This document shows, one piece after another, positions 34,285 to 44,707 of a stretch of 64,000 nt of DNA. Below the pieces are notes generated by a model, which saw only the letters and a program-made list of their open reading frames with translations, was not told the origin of the DNA and searched no databases. A program made the position numbers and the translations under genes. Source of the stretch: Euryarchaeota archaeon UBA256. GTDB taxonomy: Archaea > Thermoplasmatota > Poseidoniia > Poseidoniales > Poseidoniaceae. Each line of letters starts with the position of its first letter. Position 1 is the stretch's first letter. The DNA lies in contig DACE01000031.1 in the NCBI GenBank assembly GCA_002494645.1, positions 7,471 through 71,470 of the forward strand, in the 5' to 3' direction.

Positions 34285-35406
34285 TCAGATGCCCCAGTAG
34301 CGGTCTGCTTGAGCCTGCTTTGCCTGTAAGGTACGAACAATCGTGGTGACCATCCAAAGGACAACGACCCAGATGAGTGGCGTTGTGAGGTCGTTGAGAA
34401 TCATTTCAACACTGAATTCGTAGGAAGTGCCATCAAGGACGCGAATGGCAATGTCAAGAGCAGTATTGAGGAAGGAGTACACCACCATGCCAAATACACT
34501 GAGGACGATGAGGCTACCCGAGAACGACCCGCGTTTGAGGCGCAGCAGCATGAAACCAGCAGTCGATGTGAGGAAAGCGATCACGGTCCAAGCGAGAGAT
34601 GAATGAATCACGGTGAGCCACAGAACCGATTGTGTCTCTGCCAGGCCTTCTTGAACGCCAAATGCACGCCATCCTTCAGCAACTGCGAAAATTGCACTGA
34701 AGAGAGTGGCGGTCCACAACAAGGAAGAAAACATGGCAGCATCTGCGTTTTCTCGCATTTCTTGGATGACACGGTTCACGGTTGATTCAATACCTGCCCC
34801 CTTACTGAAGATGTAAAGTCCGAGGACGAGGGGAAGGGCTCCAATGACCACGCCACCAATTTCATTGGGCAACATAATACCAAGTCCCATGATGGCCATG
34901 ACTACGCCAAAAGGAATCATGATTTTTGAACGCCATTTGGGGTCTTCGAGGGCCTTGACGATGTAGTAGTAAGTCCCCTCAATACCCTTGGATTGCTTGA
35001 CAATTACCTTCCTGACGTGGTCAATTCGAACTTGGGATTGGATGATCGGGAGGACGCTTTCGTCTTCTGCGCCGTCGGTCACCAAAATGGCTTGGTCAGG
35101 TTGGAAAGCGGATACGACTTCATCCAGTTGAGCCGCTATCGCTCGGTCTGAACGCATTCCTACCTTCTCGTCGCCTGTGAGAATGGCGATTTCAATCTCG
35201 TCATCCTCACCTTTTGCTTCGACCAGTTCGTCGTTTTTGGACAGGGCTCCAAGAATGGCATTGGTGTCGCTCTCTTCGGGGTCTGCAATACCCAATTTGA
35301 GGGCGGCAGTGAGAACTTGACGACGACCAACAACGGGTCCCCGAATCGAAGTCTTGATCCCTAAGTCGTTATCTCTGTCAACGGTTAACACCAGTGTGCG
35401 CGTCAT
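34285..35406 (-). CDS. DUF373 family archaeal membrane protein
   Basis: VLTVDRDNDLGIKTSIRGPVVGRRQVLTAALKLGIADPEESDTNAILGAL matches the conserved DUF373 N-terminus as I remember it. The C-terminal half has about 6 TMs. AAGGAGGGGGG lies upstream of the ATG. Confidence 0.75.
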   Translation of the reverse strand: MTRTLVLTVDRDNDLGIKTSIRGPVVGRRQVLTAALKLGIADPEESDTNAILGALSKNDELVEAKGEDDEIEIAILTGDEKVGMRSDRAIAAQLDEVVSAFQPDQAILVTDGAEDESVLPIIQSQVRIDHVRKVIVKQSKGIEGTYYYIVKALEDPKWRSKIMIPFGVVMAIMGLGIMLPNEIGGVVIGALPLVLGLYIFSKGAGIESTVNRVIQEMRENADAAMFSSLLWTATLFSAIFAVAEGWRAFGVQEGLAETQSVLWLTVIHSSLAWTVIAFLTSTAGFMLLRLKRGSFSGSLIVLSVFGMVVYSFLNTALDIAIRVLDGTSYEFSVEMILNDLTTPLIWVVVLWMVTTIVRTLQAKQAQADRYWGI

Positions 35407-35489
35407 TCTTGTCCCCCCTCCTTGGCCGACCCACTGACCTTCTTTCTTTCAAACCCTTGTGCTTTGGAGTCAAATCTTCCTTTCTTTTA

Positions 35490-37082
35490 TCAAGCCAAAC
35501 GCATTTTGACGACACTTGAATCATCCATCCCAGTGGGGGGGTCAACCCAGTCTTCATCGCCAGGTAACACCAAACCCGAGCCAGATGATACTAAACGAGC
35601 AGCAAGGTCACGTTGTCGCTCGACCAGAGAAGCCCAATCCGTTTCTTCATCCTTCCACACATTCCATCGCTTGACATCACGCCAACCACGCACCAAACGA
35701 GCATACAATTTGAGGTGAATACGGGCAGAAACTGGCCACCACAGCAAAAAGACCGAGAATACGAGAATTGCTGGTAGTTTGGTGATGCTTTCCAACAGCC
35801 AATGGCTGAGCAGTAATTCATTGATTGGACTTGCCCCGTCGAGAAGCGACCAGGTCATGAACGCCGAGGCCAGCATCCACCACAACGGGAAGAATACGAC
35901 CGCTGACAGGACCTTGATTGAACCCAATACTGATGAGTCAATCGCCCGCTTTTTCATCAACCAACTGAGCAGTCCATTTCCTTTGTAGGGTATGTAATTG
36001 CCCACAATAGCTCCCCATGTGACCAATCCAAACATCCAAACCAAGGCCCAAAGCCAAATGGTAAGAGCCTTGAGATAACCAAAAAGACTGATCTTTTCAG
36101 GGCGTGCATCAATGTCGTAGGGCGTGATGCCACGGCTCTCCAATTCAGCGAAATGAGCTTCGCAATCGTCAGCCAATCGTTGCGTTTGTTGCGGGTCTTG
36201 CTGCCCCAAATATTCCCATCCTGCCCTCAACCTGCGAGCACCGAGAACTGATTCAGCATAACTTGGTTTGACCAACGAACCTCCTGAAAGTCTCTGTTTT
36301 TCCGCATAGGCCAAACTGCGTCCTTTCCAAATCATGGTTCGCTCCCGCCATGACGTCGTTGAAAGATTGGCTCGCTTCAGTTCCACTTCGATGGCTTCTG
36401 TTACTTCGTTCACCCAACGGCGATCCAGTTCGTCTTGCTCGTCTACATCCTCAATGATTGCTGGAATGGGAGGCAGGTCCATTGCACGCTCGATGACCAC
36501 CGCAGCACGTTCCCGAAAGGTTTGAGATTCGGAATAATGCAGGCCGATGGGGACAAGTTGCGGTTCAGCCAAGCCTTCAGCGGCTGCTTTTCTACGCGCT
36601 GCGAGCAGCATTCGGGCAGCGCCCGAGCGCACCCGCTTCACCTCTGAATCTGCATGTGTGACGCCCTCTGGGAAGATGAGAACGCGCCCGCCGTCACCCA
36701 AACGGTCCGATAGCCCGCCAAGCATGGCCTTATTCCTCGCTCTTGAGGCGTCCTTATCAGCAGAATCCTGTGGGCGTTCAATGGGAACAACCCCTGAGGC
36801 TCGTAGAAGGTGTGAAAGGACGGGGAATTTGAACAGCGTGTGTTTGGCGACCGTGGTCAATTTACCGGGAAGCGTAGCCATCATCAACATCGGGTCAATC
36901 AGACCACTTGGGTGCCATGTGATGAAGAGTACTCCGCCCTCGGGGGGAAGGTTTTCATCATCAACAATGTTGATTTCCCGAAACCAAATTTTGGTTAAAA
37001 ATCTGAAAAACCGCCTCATTATTCGATAGGACAGAGGCAAGCGCCCGTCGCCGTCTCGGTTCGGGTCGCGGAGCCAGCGCAT
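35490..37082 (-). CDS. PlsC-type phospholipid/glycerol acyltransferase with C-terminal membrane domain
   Basis: FITWHPSGLIDP is an H-x5-D variant of the HX4D box. VLIFPEGVTHADS is the FPEG box. Three C-terminal TM helices. Confidence 0.7.
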   Translation of the reverse strand: MRWLRDPNRDGDGRLPLSYRIMRRFFRFLTKIWFREINIVDDENLPPEGGVLFITWHPSGLIDPMLMMATLPGKLTTVAKHTLFKFPVLSHLLRASGVVPIERPQDSADKDASRARNKAMLGGLSDRLGDGGRVLIFPEGVTHADSEVKRVRSGAARMLLAARRKAAAEGLAEPQLVPIGLHYSESQTFRERAAVVIERAMDLPPIPAIIEDVDEQDELDRRWVNEVTEAIEVELKRANLSTTSWRERTMIWKGRSLAYAEKQRLSGGSLVKPSYAESVLGARRLRAGWEYLGQQDPQQTQRLADDCEAHFAELESRGITPYDIDARPEKISLFGYLKALTIWLWALVWMFGLVTWGAIVGNYIPYKGNGLLSWLMKKRAIDSSVLGSIKVLSAVVFFPLWWMLASAFMTWSLLDGASPINELLLSHWLLESITKLPAILVFSVFLLWWPVSARIHLKLYARLVRGWRDVKRWNVWKDEETDWASLVERQRDLAARLVSSGSGLVLPGDEDWVDPPTGMDDSSVVKMRLA

Positions 37083-37124
37083 GTGTCAAGGTATATTTCC
37101 TATCATTTAGAGAAATCTCCGAAC

Positions 37125-38390
37125 TCATTCGGAATCAGGCTCATCTCTTGAGGGTGCATGCGAATCGTCGGTGGGTTCTGTTGGCTTTGTGGATTCAGAT
37201 TCCTCGTTGGTTGTCGAAGATTCTTGACGACCTGTTAGCCGTTTCCAGCGCTGTGTAGCCCTGATGTACTTGAGGGGATGGTCCATCCAAGGTTGATCAC
37301 ATGTCCTGTTATCGCCGGGCAATACCGGACAATTGTGGTTGACCTTGAGTTTCCCACAGCCTGCAGGCGTGTATTCGTTCTGGTAAACGTGTGCAACCTG
37401 GTAAGACGTGGTGGATTCGCTGAAATCAGGAGCCCCGCGGAAGAAGCCAACACACGATTCTTGCGGCAGTGCCAGTGTGGCAGCCATCGATGCGAGAAAG
37501 AGTCGGCCGAAGTGATTGACGTTGACACCGTTGGACAAATCTCCAATCGTTTTTTGCATGCACGGGGGCCAATCACTTTCTTCTGCACCAACCAATGCGA
37601 TGGCTTCGCTGGTTTTGTTCGCCATTAAATTGCGAATCATACCAACGGGTTCGGCCAAGCGGACTGCGAGGTCCGTGGTGACCTCAGCCATTTTCTCCAA
37701 GGCTTCAGCCTCGATTCCTGCCTTCATTCGTTCCCGCAGGAGGCGAGCGAGTTTTGCCGATGAAGCATATTGACGCTCGTTGTGAAGTTTGACCCAGCCA
37801 TTCTCGACATCAACGTTGGGTAAACGCCACCGATGGCCCGTTATTTTTGGACAAATCTCAATGAAATCAGAAAGGCCAACCCGCCAAACCGAAGACGATT
37901 GTTGGCGGAGTTGGCGCATACTCATGCCTTGATTTGCCACCATGCCGACGGCTTGAGCACCCTCCAATAATTCAACCTCCGAAAGGTATGTGTGAGCGAT
38001 AGGGGAGAGATTGTCGACATCTTGAATCAGCAATTGTTCCGCCCGTGCTGCTTCTGCTTGAGCCCATCGCGCAATGAGGCGTTCATCCTCACTGGCGCAC
38101 ATGACAAGGCGAGCGTAATAGAATGAAAATGCCTCAATTAAGCGCCCTTCCTCGGTGTGTATATCGCCACCAACGACTTGCACTCCATCCTTGGATTGGA
38201 TGGAATCAACGAGACGAATCCTTGCTCTCTGACGGGCTTTTTCCATCCACGGGCCGTCAAGTAATTCGTTGAGGTCGATGCTGTGCCGTTGAGCCATATT
38301 CCGTATCCAATCGCCAGCTTGCGGCAAGAAGGGGTAGCGTGCAAAGGTCACCTCATCCACGAGCGTCGGGGGCGTCGTGGGGACCGGCAT
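37125..38390 (-). CDS. priL: DNA primase large subunit PriL (Fe-S domain)
   Basis: FARYPFLPQA lies near the N-terminus. The C-terminal domain contains PPCMQKTIGDLSNGVNVNHFGRLFLASM..., SYQVAHVYQNEYTPAGCGKL..NHNCP....CD and HPLKYI. ATG 38390 (the ORF is open from 38555). Acidic/Ser-rich tail. Confidence 0.8.
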   Translation of the reverse strand: MPVPTTPPTLVDEVTFARYPFLPQAGDWIRNMAQRHSIDLNELLDGPWMEKARQRARIRLVDSIQSKDGVQVVGGDIHTEEGRLIEAFSFYYARLVMCASEDERLIARWAQAEAARAEQLLIQDVDNLSPIAHTYLSEVELLEGAQAVGMVANQGMSMRQLRQQSSSVWRVGLSDFIEICPKITGHRWRLPNVDVENGWVKLHNERQYASSAKLARLLRERMKAGIEAEALEKMAEVTTDLAVRLAEPVGMIRNLMANKTSEAIALVGAEESDWPPCMQKTIGDLSNGVNVNHFGRLFLASMAATLALPQESCVGFFRGAPDFSESTTSYQVAHVYQNEYTPAGCGKLKVNHNCPVLPGDNRTCDQPWMDHPLKYIRATQRWKRLTGRQESSTTNEESESTKPTEPTDDSHAPSRDEPDSE

Positions 38391-38468
38391 AATGAGACGA
38401 CAGAGGCCACAGATTATGAAGTTCAACCTCGGAGGTGGATTCTTGACCTCAAGGTGATTCGCGAGGAC

Positions 38469-39197
38469 ATGGATGCGATGGAGTTGAACGGGCTCATCGC
38501 CATCCAACATGAGGTGCGCGCTGATTTTGGGTGGGCCTACGGCGAGGACCTGCAAAGTGCTGAACGGATGTTGGAATGTTTCAATTCTGAAACGCCATTC
38601 AGCACGCCTTCATGGAACCGTAAGGGAAGGCGAGCCACTTTGGAAGCCTTGAAAGTGGCTCTTGCAGAGGCGGAGAAGATTGTTTTTGTTGGTGCTGCAG
38701 CAACCCGAACCATGCTCAAACGGGACTGGAGTGAGGGGGCGGTGTTTATTGCTGCTGACGGCTCTGTAGGGGCGTGTTTAGGTCTCGTGGACGTCCTTGT
38801 TGTCGTCACGGACTTGGACGGTGGCATCCATCTCCAAGAAGCCGCTGAGCGGGGAACGCCCATGGTAGTACACGCCCACGGCGACAACCAAAACCAATGG
38901 GCAACACTTCTCCCCCAGTGGGCAGCGTACAAACCTCCGATGATCTTGACTCACCAAACCGATGAAAACTATGGGGGCATGTTCAATGTGGGCGGTTTTA
39001 CCGACGGAGACCGCGCCGTTTGTTTGGCTTGTTTTTTAGGTGCTGATGAAGGAAAATTTGTTTTTGTGGGCTATTCTACCGAGCATGTGGGTGAATGGTC
39101 TGGGAGGACTGAACCAGCCCAAAAATTGCGTAAATTAGAATGGATGGCGAAGGTGCTCGACCGAATCCATCCTGCTTGGAAGATGCGAACGGCCTGA
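38469..39197 (+). CDS. MptE-like 6-hydroxymethyl-7,8-dihydropterin pyrophosphokinase (DUF115 family)
   Basis: FIAADGSVGACLGLVDVLVVVTDLDGG...PMVVHAHGDN matches the MptE/DUF115 core (AADGA...TDLDG...HAHGDN), recalled from memory. Confidence 0.6.
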   Translation: MDAMELNGLIAIQHEVRADFGWAYGEDLQSAERMLECFNSETPFSTPSWNRKGRRATLEALKVALAEAEKIVFVGAAATRTMLKRDWSEGAVFIAADGSVGACLGLVDVLVVVTDLDGGIHLQEAAERGTPMVVHAHGDNQNQWATLLPQWAAYKPPMILTHQTDENYGGMFNVGGFTDGDRAVCLACFLGADEGKFVFVGYSTEHVGEWSGRTEPAQKLRKLEWMAKVLDRIHPAWKMRTA

Positions 39198-39240
39198 TAG
39201 AATGTTCACACGGAATTGAACATAAGCATAAGAAGGTGAG

Positions 39241-39870
39241 ATGCAACCTAGAACTATGACTAAGCGAGGAGGTTGGGTCAACCCTGTGCTCTGGTTGCTT
39301 GCGTTCTTGGTTGTTAACGCCCTTTGGTCGGGGGTCGCTCAGCAAGAGGCTCCCAATGAAGTCAATACTGCAACGCAATTCGAGACCTTCCGTGAAGTTG
39401 AGGTCGCCCCCTTCCTCAATTCCGAATCAGCCATGCCTGCCCGCCTCACGACGTCATTTACCAGTTCAACCATTGACCAGGCAAACGTGAGTTACACGCT
39501 ACGCCTCAATAATGAAACCGTCGTGGCAACATGGAGCGGCCTGCTGGATGAAGTACCCCCTGAATGGGCCGGTGATTTAGAACCAGGGACCTATGTGATG
39601 GAAACGCAAATGGAGGAAGGTGTAATGGTTGAACAGCAACTGTGGATTCAACCCTTCGCCCCCTTCCAAATATACGGTCATGTGCTGCTTAGTGTCCTGC
39701 TCATCGCTACGGCCTTCCTCGAACAAGGGGTGCGCCGCTTCGCCGAACGAATACGGTCTGAAACCGATTCAGCCCCCGAAAAATCACCCTTCAGTGGCCT
39801 TCAGCAAGGCATGCCCGAGGTCATGTTGCCCGAGGGTGAAGATGCCATTTGGCGAGAGCCACTGCGCTGA
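39241..39870 (+). CDS. membrane protein (hypothetical)
   Basis: N-terminal anchor is VNPVLWLLAFLVVNALWSGVA and C-terminal TM is GHVLLSVLLIATAFL. Its stop is 1 nt from the convergent polD stop. Confidence 0.5.
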   Translation: MQPRTMTKRGGWVNPVLWLLAFLVVNALWSGVAQQEAPNEVNTATQFETFREVEVAPFLNSESAMPARLTTSFTSSTIDQANVSYTLRLNNETVVATWSGLLDEVPPEWAGDLEPGTYVMETQMEEGVMVEQQLWIQPFAPFQIYGHVLLSVLLIATAFLEQGVRRFAERIRSETDSAPEKSPFSGLQQGMPEVMLPEGEDAIWREPLR

Positions 39871-39871
39871 T

Positions 39872-42800
39872 TCAAAGGAAATCTGAAAGCGAAAGTTGCT
39901 TGGCTCGGTCATTGTTGAAGAGGGAATCTGCGCTATCAGCAAGCCAATTTGCATTCTGTCGGGTGTACAAATCCACCCCGTAATGGTCCATGACGAATTG
40001 CATCACTGCGATGTATTTGCGAACGGCTCCCTCCGATACGGTCAGGGCGAGATTGCCATTGCATTGGCCACCTTCAGATTTAGCAACACCCATGCTTGAA
40101 AGTCCTCGTCCAGTTTCTTTCTTGGGTTGGATGCAATGAGCAGCGAGCGGCATCCTTCGGTAGGAGTGACCGCATTTGAGGCAACGGACTTTCTGTCGCC
40201 CGTATGCGTTGAGGTTACCACGTAAATCGGGCAAGAAGTGGGAACGAACAACGCTCGAAGCAACTTGGCGGACATCAACTCCCCTCAGGCGATGGCCGAG
40301 AGCAAGTTGTCCGTTCATTTTGTCGATCATCGTATCCAATGTTTTGTAGGCAGAGAGGGCTGGCCCTTGGTCAAGAGCGTGGCAGTCGTGTGTGTAACCA
40401 TACCCGCGAACAGCAGCGACTGTGCCCAATCTCCGCTCGACGAAATCCATTCGATGAGCGATGTCCTTTGGATGGGGTTGGAGCAGTGTAGCCTCATAGA
40501 AATCGCGTTCATAGAACCATGCAGAATCAACATTCAAGGCTTCTTTGTCGACTTCGGTCGGGTTCAAGCGCGTGGTCAATACCAGCGGTGCGTCCATTTG
40601 ACCACCGCGGTTTGCGGGTAAAATTTCTCTACTAAAATTGAGTAAACCGTCCATGAGCAGCATAATCGCGTCTTCATCTCCATCGCAATTTCTTCGTTTG
40701 GCTGCGTGAAAGAGGGGGTGTGCATAGCCACCAGAACAGTCTGCCCAACCGATAATTCGCGAAAGAACGCCACCGCTCGTGTGGGGTGCAAGGGCACAGA
40801 TGAGGTGCCCCACGAGATCGCCTGCTTTGTCAGCGTTGTAATATGGCTCCATGCCATAATACCGCGTCAATAATTCATCGATGTAGTTCGCAGTTCGTAA
40901 AAAGAAATCACCTGCATCACGAGCGGCAATGAAATCTTGTGGGAACAATTCGAGCACCTGTTCATCATTCTCAAGTGGAGCACCGGTGTAATCGTGAGTG
41001 TAGCCAAGACCTTTCAGGGTCTTCCAAGGGACATCGATTTCTCGTGGCCTAAAATGCGTGACTGGAACATCGCTCATGTCGTAACGGACCGTTCCGTCGC
41101 GGAAAACGGGGAGCTGGTGTTTCGCCCTGAGAATGCCTTTCTCAATGGGCTCTGGAGTTTGCTCTTTGCTGTTGAGTTTCTTCATGCATTTGACTTGATT
41201 TGGAAGACGGTCAATACCCAAGCGTATTCGGGCATCCTCAACCATTTCAGCCATGCGAATACTCTGGACTTCGCCACGACGTCGTGCCTTTGAGTTGGCG
41301 GCTTTTGGAAGGGTTCGCCCTTCGCAAGCTTCTCCTGCTTTTCCTTCTCCAAATTCGTCGAGGGCACGGTGGTGGCAACGAATGAAGGGGGATTCTTTCT
41401 CGCAAACGCTGCACACACGGCGTCCCACCTGTACTCGAATCGTTCCTTTGTCGAGGGCGTTATTGAGCAGTCGTTGGTTACCGCCATTCAATTCGATGGG
41501 GAATAACGAATGTGTCATCGGATTCATAACTCGAGCAGCCGCCTTTTCAGGCCGCCCCATCCTGCATCCAACTCGAACAGGGGCGCTGTGTTCCCATCGG
41601 AAATCAGACAACATCCGCACGAGAGGGAGAATACCATCCACGGCAAGTCCGTCCTCCAATCGCTGAGCGGCAATGTAGCCTTGTGGGTCTCTAGGGCCCT
41701 CATCGATGACCGAGGCAGCAGCATCGCGCCCCACCTGGTCGGTTTCTGTAATGCCGAGTCCCCGTTGTCGGGCACCGGTTTCTGACGCAATTCGGATGGT
41801 TGCTCGTTCTTTTTCCAAGATGCTCAGGCGTTCTCGTTCTTCATCAAGAAGTTCCTTCGCTTCACGCAGCATAGCAATTCGGTCAGTGACCACCTTTTTT
41901 GCATCCTTTTTCCGCAGGGGTTCTTGCCCTTCTGCGCCAAACCCGAAGGCTTCGAGCAAGGCTTCCCAACCTGAAAGAACGACGAGATCTTCCCCGTCAT
42001 GGACGTGCGGTAAGCCAAGCAGCATCATGGACGCTTTCGGAAATCCATGCTGCACCAAACTCCAACCTTCTGGAAATGATGTCGAGAAAATTGGCGGCAA
42101 GGGGCGTATCTGGGGGCCCGGTATTGATGCTGTATCAACATCGGGCAAGACTTCGGGTGCGAGTTCATCCAAAGCGCTTGCCGTCCAGCCCTTCACTGCA
42201 CCCCGAAGTCGCATTTGACGGGTAGACGTCCGAGGTTGAACCTCGATGCCATCTTCAAGAGAGGGCGGCTGTCCTTGCTCAAGACTGGCTGATTCCAACA
42301 AGTCAAGGAGAGGAGGGAGCCATTCAATAGGTAAATCACGGAACCACGGATTGTGGGGTGAGGTCAGGGAAGTTCCATACTTCGTTGCCACATTCTGAGC
42401 GGTTGTCCAGTCCATTCGTAGGGTACGGAGTTGCTGGTGCCAAGCGCAACGCACAAGGAATTGTTGATTGCTGTCCTCTGCTTCTTCGGGGCGTATTCCG
42501 GGTGCGCCAGATGGCCACGAAGAACGCACATCTCCCACCAGCCCAATGAATGCCTCCACTTCGGCTTCAGTATCGAGATTCTCGAGGACATCACTGGCCC
42601 ACCAATCCACTGAGTAACCTGCAGGAACCAAGCGCTTGTTGTTCTCCATGAACTCGCCGTAACCAATCACCAATTCGCCATTGTCCCAAACTTGTTTCAC
42701 GCGACTGCGCAGTTTGGAATAACTTCCCGGGTCATCGACGCGAATGAAATGGCCGTCATCCAAAATCACCCACGGGCCTTCTGCCTCATCGCATGGCGTG

Positions 42801-43972
42801 ATGGCACAGGCTTTACCGGGACGCTCAATTTTCATTTGCGTCCCGATGGTGATAAAATCATCCAAGGCGAGCATGGATGCGGTGTTACAGGATGCTGCTG
42901 CGAGCCCAGACGGACGGGCGCGCCCGTAGCGAAGACGAAAGCCACCTGCTTGAAGTGGACCACCGAAAACCGGCCGACCCGCAATGATGTCCTTCATGAA
43001 TTTTGTAATTGGCTCGACTTGTTTGCTCTTGAAAGCGGTCGGAGAGTCGTCGTCTGATTCCTTCCCCCGAAGCGCAAATTTCGTGATGAAGTCCCATCCA
43101 GGAACCTGCAATCGTTCCGTATGCTTCTGGATTTTTGGTGCCTTCAAACACATGCCTTCTCCGATGACAAGGAGCACTCCACCACGTATGCGGGCTTCAT
43201 CGATGTTGCGTACGTTACCGTACCCTGCGCATTCAATGCGCTCGGTTGATTCACCGTTGATCATCACCGGACAAGCACGAACGATTTCGTCGATTTCATG
43301 AGGTGGTGGGCGGTATTGGAGATTGCCTCGGTAAAGCCCGAATTCTTCTTTGACGCGCTCGACTTCTGGATCGGTTGGTTGGTAGTGCCCCACATTCAAT
43401 TCGCGACGGATCATGTCTGCGATGAGGACTGCAAGGGCTTGCGCAGTACCTCCAGCAGCTCGAATCGGGCCCGCGAAGTGAACGGAAACGAATTGGGAGC
43501 CATCGATGTTGTTGAGCAAGCGCACTTCGCTGATTCCCTCGAGGGGAGCCACGAGAACGGCTTCGGTCAAGACCGCAAGGCCGACACGAAGCCCCACGTC
43601 AATTGATTTTTCCAAATCAAAACCCTGCTCACGGAAGCCTCTTGAAACGGATTGAGCGATCAAAATTGAAGTTGTTTCACGGTCGTGTTCTTGAAGCAAT
43701 TTACGGATATCATCAGCTACTTCGTAGCCTTCCAGATGTTCAACCAGGAGTTTTTCGGTTCGCCCTGCGAGGTCGGAGGCACGAGGAATCTCGACGTAAT
43801 CCCGCGGGTCAAAGCCCAATGAGCGGGCCTGTTCAGCGATTCGATAAGCATCATCAGCATGTTCGTCCAACCATGTATGATAGGATTCCATTTCCTTTTC
43901 AAGGCGCGGAATGTCAAGGCCAAGCAAAGGGTTGTGCTCGGCCAATGATGCTCCTGCCTTCCCATCGGTCAT
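39872..43972 (-). CDS. polC: DNA polymerase II (PolD) large subunit DP2
   Basis: 1366 aa with DP2-typical blocks (ILIAQSVSRGF, FAGPIRAAGGTAQA, GRPEKA, zinc-finger pairs CSVCEK...CHH and CLKCGHSY). The C-terminal KQLSLSDFL (39875-39898) is a PIP-box-like motif (Q-x-x-L-x-x-F-L). No intein blocks seen. Confidence 0.92.
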   Translation of the reverse strand: MTDGKAGASLAEHNPLLGLDIPRLEKEMESYHTWLDEHADDAYRIAEQARSLGFDPRDYVEIPRASDLAGRTEKLLVEHLEGYEVADDIRKLLQEHDRETTSILIAQSVSRGFREQGFDLEKSIDVGLRVGLAVLTEAVLVAPLEGISEVRLLNNIDGSQFVSVHFAGPIRAAGGTAQALAVLIADMIRRELNVGHYQPTDPEVERVKEEFGLYRGNLQYRPPPHEIDEIVRACPVMINGESTERIECAGYGNVRNIDEARIRGGVLLVIGEGMCLKAPKIQKHTERLQVPGWDFITKFALRGKESDDDSPTAFKSKQVEPITKFMKDIIAGRPVFGGPLQAGGFRLRYGRARPSGLAAASCNTASMLALDDFITIGTQMKIERPGKACAITPCDEAEGPWVILDDGHFIRVDDPGSYSKLRSRVKQVWDNGELVIGYGEFMENNKRLVPAGYSVDWWASDVLENLDTEAEVEAFIGLVGDVRSSWPSGAPGIRPEEAEDSNQQFLVRCAWHQQLRTLRMDWTTAQNVATKYGTSLTSPHNPWFRDLPIEWLPPLLDLLESASLEQGQPPSLEDGIEVQPRTSTRQMRLRGAVKGWTASALDELAPEVLPDVDTASIPGPQIRPLPPIFSTSFPEGWSLVQHGFPKASMMLLGLPHVHDGEDLVVLSGWEALLEAFGFGAEGQEPLRKKDAKKVVTDRIAMLREAKELLDEERERLSILEKERATIRIASETGARQRGLGITETDQVGRDAAASVIDEGPRDPQGYIAAQRLEDGLAVDGILPLVRMLSDFRWEHSAPVRVGCRMGRPEKAAARVMNPMTHSLFPIELNGGNQRLLNNALDKGTIRVQVGRRVCSVCEKESPFIRCHHRALDEFGEGKAGEACEGRTLPKAANSKARRRGEVQSIRMAEMVEDARIRLGIDRLPNQVKCMKKLNSKEQTPEPIEKGILRAKHQLPVFRDGTVRYDMSDVPVTHFRPREIDVPWKTLKGLGYTHDYTGAPLENDEQVLELFPQDFIAARDAGDFFLRTANYIDELLTRYYGMEPYYNADKAGDLVGHLICALAPHTSGGVLSRIIGWADCSGGYAHPLFHAAKRRNCDGDEDAIMLLMDGLLNFSREILPANRGGQMDAPLVLTTRLNPTEVDKEALNVDSAWFYERDFYEATLLQPHPKDIAHRMDFVERRLGTVAAVRGYGYTHDCHALDQGPALSAYKTLDTMIDKMNGQLALGHRLRGVDVRQVASSVVRSHFLPDLRGNLNAYGRQKVRCLKCGHSYRRMPLAAHCIQPKKETGRGLSSMGVAKSEGGQCNGNLALTVSEGAVRKYIAVMQFVMDHYGVDLYTRQNANWLADSADSLFNNDRAKQLSLSDFL

Positions 43973-44098
43973 GCTGCTTCACGAGTTCTTGTGAGCGACC
44001 CTTTATCATGAAAGCGGTGAGGCTTTCTGGAGGTGCTTGGGAGCAAAACGATTGGAAGGTTAAGGAAAGTTCATGTCATGCGAGCCTAAGGATTTCGT

Positions 44099-44698
44099 AT
44101 GGCTGTTCACGAGAACGTACGAAATCATCCCGAGTGGGGGCGTTTGGCGGCATTGGTTCATGAATTGGCCTTCCTCGACGGAGGAGACGATGCTGCGTTC
44201 ACACTTGCCAGCGGCAGGCAATCACGTTGGTTTTTTGACACCAAACCCGTGATGATGCATCCCGAGGCTGGTTCGATTCTTGGTTCGCTACTCAACATGA
44301 GAATCAGCGAACTTGGAGCAGACTTTGTTGGTGGACTAGAACTTGGAGCCGTGCCACTTACTGCGCTGGTGATTGGTTCTTCAGAAGCAGGTCCGAACCT
44401 CCGAGGCTTCATGGTTCGCAAGAACCCCAAGGGACGAGGGGGTCGGAAAACAAACAACCCTGCGGGAATTGAAGGGTCATCTCTGGAAAAGGGAGGGTCT
44501 GTTGTCATCGTTGAAGACGTAACGACAACGGGTGGGTCTTCGATTAAAGCCGTTGAACGAATCCATGCTGATACGGACTGCAATGTCGTTGCTGTCATCA
44601 GTATTTTGGATCGCGAAGAGGGGGCTGAGGCAGCCTTCAACGAAGCAGGTCTTCACTTTGAGAGCCTCTTGACACGTTCCGATATTGTGGACCTCTGA
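44099..44698 (+). CDS. pyrE: orotate phosphoribosyltransferase
   Basis: FTLASGRQSRWFFDTK is the OPRT N-terminal motif. VVIVEDVTTTGGSSIKAVE is the PRPP-binding loop. Confidence 0.8.
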   Translation: MAVHENVRNHPEWGRLAALVHELAFLDGGDDAAFTLASGRQSRWFFDTKPVMMHPEAGSILGSLLNMRISELGADFVGGLELGAVPLTALVIGSSEAGPNLRGFMVRKNPKGRGGRKTNNPAGIEGSSLEKGGSVVIVEDVTTTGGSSIKAVERIHADTDCNVVAVISILDREEGAEAAFNEAGLHFESLLTRSDIVDL

Positions 44699-44707
44699 GG
44701 CGATGAA

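Noticed and set aside
39872-43972. Possible intein in the unusually long (1366 aa) PolD large subunit.
   Set aside because: I saw no intein splice-junction blocks: no Cys/Ser-initiated insert ending in HN followed by C/S/T, and no LAGLIDADG/HNH motifs. The extra length sits in variable linker regions.
43603-44163. 186-aa plus-strand ORF and several other ORFs of 100-170 aa antisense to or out of frame with polD (e.g. 41706..42218, 41253..41666, 40238..40621).
   Set aside because: They lie entirely within the strongly supported 1366-aa DP2 gene. Their composition is Arg/Ser/Pro-rich, typical of antisense frames.
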